A program made the position numbers and the translations under genes. Below, in pieces: positions 54,104-64,000 of a stretch of 64,000 nt of DNA. Within the stretch, counting starts at the first letter, position 1; each line of letters opens with the position of its first letter. Source of the DNA: Tubulanus polymorphus (taxonomy: Eukaryota; Animalia; Nemertea); the NCBI RefSeq assembly GCF_964204645.1, contig NC_134028.1, forward strand, positions 1,488,001 to 1,552,000. Reading direction: 5' to 3'. Under the pieces are notes generated by a model. That model worked only from the letters and a program-made list of their open reading frames with translations. It had not been told where the DNA came from and ran no database searches.

Positions 54104-55557
54104 GTGTGGAGACGACTGACTCGTGTGACACGGTGTATAATTACTGGTCTCGCCCTCGCCTCCTTGTGTGCAGGTGATAACTGTTACTTGTTACTCGTTC
54201 GCTAGCTTTATGAAGGGGCGCATCGGCGTAAGCAAGTTTCCGTTTCCGAATCTACATGTCTAATTAGTTAAATCACTGTCTATCATTATTACTCGACTCT
54301 TTCAGTTTACAGTTTAACGTAGTTAAATTAAGTAATGATCGTATATGATACATACGTTTATTAAGTCTAATCATTAAAATGAGGAGAGGTCAATACATAA
54401 TTGATTTAATAAAGCTGAATCACGGCCTCTCCGATATGTCCTACATTTCCCTTACGTAATTTAATTGACCAGACTTTTATCGAACAAAAATTGCCTACGT
54501 TTAACAATGCTAATTACGGAAGAACGGCCGTTAGAAGATTTTTTACACGAACCGGAAGTGAATTTCCAATTACGTAACTCACTGGCGATATCATGTTTGT
54601 ATCACTCAGTTTTCTATCAGGGTCTTGTTTGCGAGAAACTACCGGATATCATTTTACTACTTTCAAAATGTGACAGTAGCGGCCCGAAGTGTACCCAACC
54701 TTGAAACGGTTACAATCAGTATTTTTTGGGCACAACAAACGATGCATCCTTAGAGGAAATATAGTAGATGTATACATGATAAATATATATGAACAAAAGA
54801 CTCCGCCAAGCAGTAAACCTGTTGGAATCATAAAAGTTGAAAGTCTTTCAAAAAATGTCTTTGCATATTCTTCAACTTCTGCGCGCTCATATTTTTGCGC
54901 ATCAATTTACAATCGTGTTCGCTTCTTCACTTCGGTGTCTCTCAGTATCATTTACGACTTGTTTACGACAATCAGCGTCGTAATTACTGCGTATAGGCGA
55001 CGTCACCAGAAAATTAAGATAATCACATCTTCTGACGGTTGGTTGAGGACTGTTTTAATTGGTTCGTTTTGAATGTTGCGTCGTGACGATCGATAACCGT
55101 CTCCGTAATTCATTTTAATGATTTCCATTCCGCGTCATATATATAGTATATCAGTAAAGCATCATTGACTGTTGACCTTAGTTCATTCGCCCGGTAAAAA
55201 GATATCTCCATTCGTTGTAAATGATATGGATACTTCGTACTAGTATTCTATATAGATTTCCCATTTTCCGAATGGACAGTCATTGAATCTCACGAGCAAA
55301 TGTATCGTCATGAATGCAATGGAAATTCTCGCGTATAGATTCGCAATGATGCAATTCCAGATAAAATTTCAGAATTGATTTTAGCCGGGGAAACATTCTA
55401 ACTTTTTTTTTCATGTATTAATGTTTTATATATACAAGTATAGAATTTTCTAAATGATCGATATTCTGAAAAATACTATTTTCCTAGACTATATATGATG
55501 GTTTTAATGATTCAACCATTTACGTATTTTTGCAATTTTCTCTATTCTCAGTTGTAG

Positions 55558-56628
55558 ATGTATAATCGTTCGGACGAAGAATACATAAAATGGCTTTTCG
55601 TTTTACACAAACGATTTGACGATTTCTACAGTATATCGCTGTGGGTAATGATATGTTTTGACCCGTTATTTTTCGTGTTTAATTCCATTACAATCGTTAC
55701 TCTAATGAAATGTCGCAGGTCGCAATCTGTGCGAACTACGTTCGTTTATTTGATAACGTTAGCCGTATCGGACGAAGTTTACGTGTTGAATAGTTTAACC
55801 GACTTCCCGAACTCTATTTCCAACTTGATTCTCCGAATGCTTGAACTGTATCCCCATAAATGTTATATATGGATGTGGACTTTACGGGGGCTGTTGTGTC
55901 CGACTATATTAAAACGTTACTTATTTCATGCGCGTATTTTCAGAATCAACAGACCGGGTTGTAGGGGTATACCGGGAGCGTTATCACGGGTTCTTTCACG
56001 CTCTTTATCTAATTGGATAGTAATAGCTCTCGCCGCTGAGAGATTTTTGTCCATTTCGCGACCATTGTTTCACAAGAAGCACGTCACTAACCACCGAAGA
56101 TTCGTGCTAACTATTATAATCATATTCATCTGTTTGTCACACAACAATAGCGGACTTCTAATGACTTATCTAACATATGGAAATTCAACACGCTGTGTGG
56201 ACGTAGTGTCCAGTTTTGGTGTACATCGTTTGGGAGTTTTTCTATCGTATGGCATATTCCGAACTATGCAAGGCGTGATACCGTGTTTCATCGTTGTGTT
56301 GATATCAGTTTTAACCGCTCGGACAAGACATAAAGCTATTAGAAATAATGCCAGTAAACGAGCGAATAAAACATTACATTATATCGTATGTATTTTTCTG
56401 ATAATAGTTTTACCTTATGAATTGACGAGTTCCCTTCCCCCGTATATTCGCTACGATTCGAGATGGCAGAAGCTTCGCGCAGTTGAATATTACACAGTCA
56501 GTTCAATTATCAAATCTTTGCTGGACATCCCGCGTCAATTAGTTTATCGCACTAACTTCTTCATATACCTACATACATTGCCCATTTTCCGCAGGACAGC
56601 CCTAGGACAGTGCAAGTATTACATGTGA
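55558..56628 (+). CDS. Intronless class A (rhodopsin-like) GPCR, divergent, FMRFamide/peptide-receptor-like or chemoreceptor-like
   Basis: 356 aa with about 7 hydrophobic segments; TM1 Asn (VFNSIT), TM2 YLITLAVSD, TM3 W..IALAAERFLSISRPL, TM5 VIPC, TM6 FLIIVLPY, TM7 TNFFIY; N-terminal sequon NRS. Confidence 0.85.
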   Translation: MYNRSDEEYIKWLFVLHKRFDDFYSISLWVMICFDPLFFVFNSITIVTLMKCRRSQSVRTTFVYLITLAVSDEVYVLNSLTDFPNSISNLILRMLELYPHKCYIWMWTLRGLLCPTILKRYLFHARIFRINRPGCRGIPGALSRVLSRSLSNWIVIALAAERFLSISRPLFHKKHVTNHRRFVLTIIIIFICLSHNNSGLLMTYLTYGNSTRCVDVVSSFGVHRLGVFLSYGIFRTMQGVIPCFIVVLISVLTARTRHKAIRNNASKRANKTLHYIVCIFLIIVLPYELTSSLPPYIRYDSRWQKLRAVEYYTVSSIIKSLLDIPRQLVYRTNFFIYLHTLPIFRRTALGQCKYYM

Positions 56629-56865
56629 ATTATCGCAAATTTTGACGTTCATATAATGTATATATTACATATTACTTACAGCTATTTATCCGAGAGAATG
56701 CACAGAAAGTTACAATCACACAAAAAGTCACAAACCAGAAACTTGAAATTTAAGTTTAATTGAAATGCACCGCGCATGAAGCGCAAACCTCAAACTGTTA
56801 CTATAGTATTTATCACGAGTACAATATCGTTTCCACAACATCCGCAAACTTTTTTGATCTGGATT

Positions 56866-56880
56866 CCACGAGATGGCGCC
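56866..56880 (+). promoter_or_regulatory. CTCF-like motif
   Basis: CCACGAGATGGCGCC matches the CTCF core consensus CCAC(C/T)AG(A/G)(T/G)GGCGC at all but one position; it lies between the GPCR and netrin. Confidence 0.35.
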
Positions 56881-57022
56881 TTGTATGTAGATACCAAATC
56901 CACCCGTTATTCAAACTGCGTATGTTCAACTCTGCGACCACGTTTTGCTTATGGACCCGTTCAATCGGGTTTATTTTAGATTTGAAATAAATTGGAAGTC
57001 ATAGTCATAAAACAGGGACTAT

Positions 57023-57337
57023 CAGGAGCGGCACTAGGATCTTTTAGAGGGGATTCAGCTGAACTTTATGCCATGCTTTGCGCCGTATCCGCCGAGCACC
57101 GAAGGCAAACGAGCATTTCGGAATTCATGAATTTCTTACATGCTCTTCAATTAGTTTCAATTTGTAAAATTCGCGAGGTTTGAGACGGACGTTTTCTGGA
57201 CCTTTTGAGGAAAAATATCTATGAAATTTCCGGAATGTGAAAAAATAAAATTTGGGACTAAAAATGCGGAACTTGGATTTAATAAAGGGGGTTGTCCATA
57301 CCACCCCCTCTCCGACCCCCTTCTTATGACAGCCGTG
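57023..57337. mobile_element. Degenerate non-autonomous DNA element (CAGG(G)GCGG...CCCC type)
   Basis: Starts CAGGAGCGGCACTAGGATCTTTTAGAGGGG, contains GCCGAGCACCGAAGGC and ends GGGGGTTGTCCATACCACCCCC...CCCCTT...GCCGTG; this resembles common invertebrate MITEs. Confidence 0.35.
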
Positions 57338-59055
57338 ACTATATACATAGAAAAGGACCCCATTTAAAGCAACCTTTTCTATAGCGCAGATAAGATGAAA
57401 GTGTGCAGAATTGAACATGGTCGAGACCAACAGTTGAACCAGAAATGAAATAGGTATGATTCGAAAAGGTAAAAATCGTGAACTGAAATGAGAGCCAAGA
57501 CGTTTTAACGGACACGACTGACGGCTCATTCACTGCTTCTAAGATATTATCATAAAGTTTTGATTATGCAATATCACGACTGCGCGTAGACCTTCTTGCA
57601 ACACTCCTTTGTCCGCCTAATGTACATTATTTCCTGCTAATATATGCACTGGATAAACTAGTAAATTAATCCAGCGAATAGAAATCTATAGGATCAGTCA
57701 ACTCGGTCTATTGAAAACTTTCAATACCGCATTCCACATTGTTCAGTAGTAATTTCCTTGGGTAAACAAACCCACCTTCTTGCTTTTCAGGCATGATCAA
57801 GAAATAAACACTCATTCTACGGACAGAATTTCCATAGAGTTTAAGTCGTTTCCAACGAATCAAAAACGTAATCCGCTTCGTCGTGACCGCGTACCGCATT
57901 AGACTAATTCAGTTCTAATGTATATTTAACGTCTAAACAATTCGAGCTATATTTTTCACACCTAACGCGTCCCGGCCGCCATTATAATACCGAAATAATT
58001 CACCCACGCCATTAAAACCGAGATGCACCCAAAAGCATTTCCCCAGACAAACTTCTCGACATTTTTTCTGAATGAATTACCAAAACTTCATTCATCTTCT
58101 GGTTAGACATAGTATAAAAAGCGGCGATTATATTAGGGACAGGTGATTGAAGCTTTTTGTAACAGAGAGGATCAAACCAATCCTAATCCATTCCATTAGA
58201 AGACCATTGATACGTAGTACTTGAGAGTTTACTGGACCCCAAACCTTTGTGACACGACGAGCTATTTTAGTGGCAATGCTTTCTTCCCGAATATGGGCTT
58301 CTCCGTATGCTTCCGAACATTGTGTCTGGTATAGACGGAAAAGAAGCGAATACGAGTAAAAAATTGAATGAAATCTCACTCGTATAACTCGGCGACAGTC
58401 ATTTCATCCGCATTTTACTGGAAATAAGGAGACATTTTGTGCACGAAATTAACTACCCGGTAGCTGTTATTCAATTGGTTGTGACGTGAGCGCATATTTA
58501 AAGGTAACGCCTCCTATGTGTGAAGAAGAGCATTGTAAGCTCTCGGTGCGCTCTATTATACCACTGATTTTAGCTGATACGTTTACATATGGCTGAACGG
58601 GAGAAAACGTATCTATCACCACACGTGTCTTCGCCGCAACGATTTCGTTACTGTCTGCTAGTAAATTCTTGAAAAAAAGTTGGAAATAATCTGCTGAAGA
58701 TTTCATCAAACTCGATCGCGTCTTCGGTTGGTCAAATAGAATTCAAATTGGCCAACAATAACTATAACAAGGTAGATATTCTCATCTGAAAATTCTCGGA
58801 TTCGCGTCCGTCACAACTGAATAATATCTTATCAGGTTTCAACGACAATGAGCGCACAAAGGATTACGTATTTGTAAAAGAACAGCGACAAAAATACAAA
58901 ACTAAAGTTTTTAAAGTTCCGAACGTAAATTTGGATTAAAGTTTCAGATCGTAACGTATATGACGGTTTGTAGAGAATTTCTAACAATCGGGACAATGAA
59001 CGGGGTAAGTTACTCATTTTCGCCGAGCATCCAACGAGGAAAAAGGATACATATT

Positions 59056-60064
59056 ATGCTTGTGATCGTTTTACTGATCGGATTTTTGTCGTCTTACATC
59101 GATGCTTCTGCCGCCGGACCTTACCTGAATATGTTTGCTGGCCAACAAATTCCACCGGATCCTTGTCAAGACGAGAACGGAAATCCACGAAGATGCATTC
59201 CTGATTTCGTGAACGCGGCTTTCGGCAAGTTGGTAAAAGCTTCGAGCACCTGCGGTAAACCGATAACCCGTTACTGTAAAACCTCTTCCAACGATAAAGA
59301 CGGGAAAAAGACAACTCAGTGTTATATTTGCGACGATACGCACCCGAAACGGAAACACCCAGCTATGTATCTGACTGATTTAAATAACCCGAATAATCTT
59401 ACATGTTGGATTTCAAAACCTGACGTCAAAAACCAAAACATAACTCTGACTCTGTCGTTGGAGAAGAAATTCGAGCTGACCTATGTTAGTCTACAGTTTT
59501 GTCACACCAGACCGGATTCGATGTCAATCTACAAGAGTATGGATCACGGAAAATCGTGGGTCGAATTTCAGTATTACTCGTCGCAGTGTAAGAAAATGTT
59601 CACCAAAAATCCGAAAGCTATCATTACGAAAGCGAACGAACAAGAGGCATTGTGCACTGATGCCTATACCAACATCGACCCCTTGAGCGGCACCAGGGTG
59701 GCGTTTAGTACCCTCGAAGGTCGTCCGTCAGCTTACGACTTCGAAAATAGTCCCGTGCTGCAGGACTGGGTTACGGCCACCGATATCAAAGTCGTATTTA
59801 ACCGACTGTATCCGTACGAAATCGAAAAGGAATTCGACGAAAAGGAAGAGAACGACAGCTATTTTTTCTCGCTGTCCGATTTTGCGGTCGGCGGTCGATG
59901 TAAATGTAACGGCCATGCATCGCGGTGTATCAAAGACCGCGAGGGTAAGCTCGTCTGCGATTGTAAGCATAATACGGCTGGGGTCGACTGCGAACGATGT
60001 AAACCATTCCACTACGATCGGCCGTGGGCGCGGGCAACGTCTACCAAAGCCAACGAATGTGTGG
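59056..60064 (+). CDS. NTN1: Netrin (netrin-1/UNC-6 type), first coding exon: signal peptide, laminin N-terminal domain VI and first laminin-EGF; gene continues beyond the window
   Basis: [17 protein letters not shown] signal peptide; [100 protein letters not shown]; donor GTAAGT at 60065. In-frame upstream ATGs exist at 58960 and 58997, so the start is inferred from the signal peptide. Confidence 0.96.
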
Positions 60065-63000
60065 GTAAGTCGATGTACACCGATATCACGTTGCGGCGCT
60101 CTAAAGAATAATCTTAATTTTCAGCTCAAAAGGAAAAAATTTCAGAATCAGATTCGACAGAATTAACGCATTGTATTTTCGAGGAGCATGTTGTTTTTGT
60201 CATCACAAATACGTTTATCCGTTTCAAAATTGAAAATATTTCTAATCTAACCAAATACATCAGGTAAATTCTGCGTGATAGGATGTAAGAAGCGGAATAA
60301 ATTTTCAAATCACTCGCTAAATTCTCAACGGATCGATGAAAAATTCAATTTCATTAATTGAAAATCCGCCATTGTTTCACGTTGCTAGCGAGTTATATTC
60401 TTTGGCTTTCGCGCATGTTTCATTAATCAACAAATTGTGTTTTTGTGTCAGGCGTTTTCATCGAAATATCGTCTCCGTCAAGTCAAACGAGTGTGAAATC
60501 CTCGCGATAAAAATACGCAGTGAGTTCGTCAAATCATTTACGAATGCTTAACTATAGCTTAATTCAATTTCATCTTAGTTTCTAATCTCGATGAGAGCGG
60601 ATCAAAATATGGTAGGTTAACTCTATTATTATTCAAATTCAATGCGAAAAAAAATAATACACACGCACGTAGTTTTATCACTTGAAACGTTTGAAGTTGC
60701 GTTCATCAGGAAAATATTGACATCTCATATTTACGGTTATTCGGTTGTGTTAGAGGCATTGTATGCCACAGTCTCGCGCTATACGTTAACAGTACGTGTC
60801 CATTATAACAATAAGATGAAAAGCATAGCTCTAGGCCTGCTAAAATATCGACCTTTCTATTCGATGATGTTTTAACATTCCTGGGGAAAAATACAAGTTT
60901 AGAAGAGATGAAACCGTATCATTAAAGCGCTGTAATTTTCTATTTCTATATGCTAAAGTTGACTTAAGTTGAATATGTCCTTTTCGGCGCCCGTATCTTT
61001 AAAAACGGCATTCACAATGGTTTACTGGTGGTCTTATACTGGTGGTCTCGTATTTTTGTATGTGATGTTATTTAATTTCCACATCTCAGACGTCGCATAT
61101 ATAGATATGTTATAAACTAGACGCAGCGTGTCTGAGGAATCATTAACACTCTCAGAAAGGACGGGCGACATTTGAAAATTCACTTAACAGCACAGGGTCG
61201 ATATACTGCACTTTGATTATCAACCTAATTGGCAGCCGACTCGATCAAATTATGGAAACCTCTCCACAAGTAAATTGAGAGAGAGAATGTCTCGATATTT
61301 TCGGTGTTTGCCTCAGATGCAGTTGTGCAGGATGGGTATATAAGTTTGTAAAGTAGGCGATTGATATGTATTTACCTTTTGCATCGCATTTTTCTGTTAA
61401 AGCTAATGTAAGAGAATGCAATTTAACTTTAAAACTACGTTATTAGAGGTTCAAGATATCTTAAATGAAAACGTATTCAATTCTTATGGATATATCTTAT
61501 CTGAATTTGAAGAAAAGCTGCCACGTATATAGCTATCACGTGTATCTATAGGAAAAATAGGAAGATTAGTAAAATGTTAGTAGGTATTATTATCATTACA
61601 AATAACAGATAGAGATTTTATCGTTTGTGTAACGATTCAGATATCATCTTCACATCGGATAGATTCCGAACAGCTACGCTTTTAGGGACAATAATTAGCT
61701 GTATCCGGTGTGAAATATAGCTTCATATTCTACCGCTTCTTACTCGTGAATTGCCGAATAATGTTTGGTTATTGAGAAACCGTTACGACGGCGAAACTGC
61801 GAAAACCTTAGCAAAATAATATGGCGGAATTCCTGCCAGGCGCAAACCGAAACAGCTCAGTATGAGACGGTAACGGAGTTTATTACGAGCTTAAAAATCT
61901 ACCTATACGCATCACTACCTTACAGTAAAATCCTACTCGTTGAATCTACGCGCTTAAATTTCAATCAGTTTCGCGCGATGGTTCCCTCTCGTACTATATA
62001 GAATAAAGTTAGATGTGATTTCATAGAATTCTCAGGTTTAATCATCCACCCGACGGACTTAACGTTGAAATCGATCGTATCGAGAACTATCTCTTATCAC
62101 CGCGAATATGCGGAAAATAATAAATTTTCTCCGGAGTTTCTATCTAAAACGATAATCAGCTCGCGACACGATGGTTGTTGTTAAAGATATAGGAGATAGC
62201 AACGAGGTGAATTTCATTTTCATCGTCGATACTCTGTTTGAACAGCAAACACTAGACTCGATTGATGTCTCGTATCCACGTTCAATCGCCCGGTTATACA
62301 AAGTGCGTTCGCCGTAAAATTGCAGTTTTCTTATCGTAGAATTTCATGCTTGTTTTCACCATCAGACGATGCTATGAAGTGTTTATCGCCCTCAATCACG
62401 ATGAGACATTAAAGGTGCTTCTTGGCACTTCATTAAAACATGTATACGATTCATTTGCGTATCTATATATGTACCTGTTTACAAATCGTGTATACTGAGT
62501 GTGAGGAAGATTTTTTTGTGACATAAACAAATACTGGTCAATTCTTACATACTCAGTCTACATAACTACGTATATTTGGTAATATCTAAAAGGTCCATGA
62601 ATATTTTTCACGTATATATTTCAAGCACATCGCTAGGACTAGAATAGAAAGAAATTTATTTTCATTAAGATGTTAAATTCTTAGAAATTATTGCAAAGAG
62701 GTTTGGTATGAGGACAAATATAACGAGGTAATGGGGCTACGCCTGATCCGTAGGAAATCTTGAATTGAAATTTGGTTAAACCCTTCGATTTATGTATAGA
62801 TTGCGCAGGACGATCCCTTGAATTTCCATTCACAGCTGGTGTATCGGAAGGATATAGCTGTCTGTTTATATATACCTGCAGAACTTACCGAATATGAATT
62901 CGTTCTTCCCTTCATATGATTGGATTTCATATTTGGCAACGTTTATTTAAGCTATCAGCGGGATATGACCCTCGTGAGTTTCCCTCAAGTGGTCCGTTAT

Positions 63001-64000
63001 TTTACGCCATCAAAAGCTCGGAAAATTCTACAATACTGAATGAACCTATATACGGCGGTTGTAATTCTTTTCGCGTATGAAAATTCTTAGAGTTGTAAAG
63101 CGATATTCAGGTCTTCGACAACTTTTAAAAACCGTTCAAATAGTGTTATTTCGAAGTTAGAGTTGTATTCTATCCCGTGTACAAATACGTATTTTTAACA
63201 TTTTATTCGGTTTTGGTTTCATAAGCCGATTAAACGAATTGATTTTTAACCTACATATCTTTACTTGAAACCTTTTTATGATAACTTTGCAATTCAACTA
63301 TATTCGTTTATAGAATATGAAAAATGCGAGATGTACACCCGACACCATTACGGATATGTTCGTGTTTGTGTACAAATCCATATAAAAACTGTAATTATTT
63401 TACTTCGATTCTAAGTGTGCAAACATTTGATCATAAGATTATTTTCCATTTCTAGCTTCGACGTAGCGCGCAAATATTGGACATATAGCGCATATAAATC
63501 GTGAGTAATTAGTATGTATAACCATAGAGTCGACTGTCCGGGCTCTACTCGTTAACGGAGTTCAAGTATTCTCGAGAAGGCACACCTGCAAAAGGCCAGC
63601 TCTTCTCAGCCACTTCCATCGAACAAGTAGATCTAACCCGAAAAAATAACTACTTCAACAAACTATTCAATGATTTCTCTATCGATGTCACGTCGAAGGC
63701 TTATACTATACGTGTAACTAAATCACAAATACGTCATTAAACGTTTACAATTGACATATTTGACGCAAAGTGAAGATATTTAACATCCGAATTTCCCATA
63801 AAACTATAGTAAATTATTCATATAGAAAAGATAGTCAATCGAGTAATACAGTTACCAATCTTGCTAAAAGAAATAATACTAAAAAGAAAATGATTTGATT
63901 TTACAAGATGAAAAAGAGGAAAATAACAGAGATCTAAAAATAGTCACTAAGTTTCTGCGAGTTCTGTGGAGTTCAAAAGTTGACTAAGTTTTTTTTTTAG

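Noticed and set aside
54465-55072. Short ORFs between the cyclase and the GPCR
   Set aside because: No recognisable domain, non-ATG starts or no splice support; likely promoter or UTR sequence.

Overview
AT-rich, intron-dense animal genomic DNA. Netrin, a receptor guanylyl cyclase, a MUC4/SUSD2-type protein and FMRFamide-receptor-like GPCR motifs suggest a bilaterian invertebrate; the taxon is an inference. Five protein-coding genes were reconstructed by eye from GT-AG exons. (1) The 5' part of an outspread/MPRIP-family PH-domain gene (minus strand, ATG 8101, runs off the left edge). (2) A ~31 kb minus-strand gene (40645 to 9635) for a giant type I membrane mucin-like protein: signal peptide, (EGF-SEA)x3, blocks of a six-cysteine helical module I do not recognise, three near-identical ~4 kb internal duplications (helical block-EGF-SEA-Ser/Thr 84-bp VNTR), then EGF-SEA-EGF-EGF-NIDO-AMOP-VWD(GDPH)-EGFs-SEA-EGFs-TM. 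(3) A complete natriuretic-peptide-receptor-type transmembrane guanylyl cyclase (minus strand, 54103 to 43601). (4) An intronless divergent class A GPCR (plus strand), head-to-head with the cyclase. (5) The first large coding exon of netrin (plus strand). Non-coding features include a Penelope-like insertion carrying a minimal hammerhead ribozyme ~400 bp upstream of the mucin start, a second degenerate palindrome of the same kind, several MITEs, microsatellites and a hairpin-rich CpG region. The most novel-looking item is the 16-copy six-Cys helical module, whose disulfide pattern (1-5, 2-4, 3-6) can be read from paired cysteine losses. No database search or structure prediction was run.
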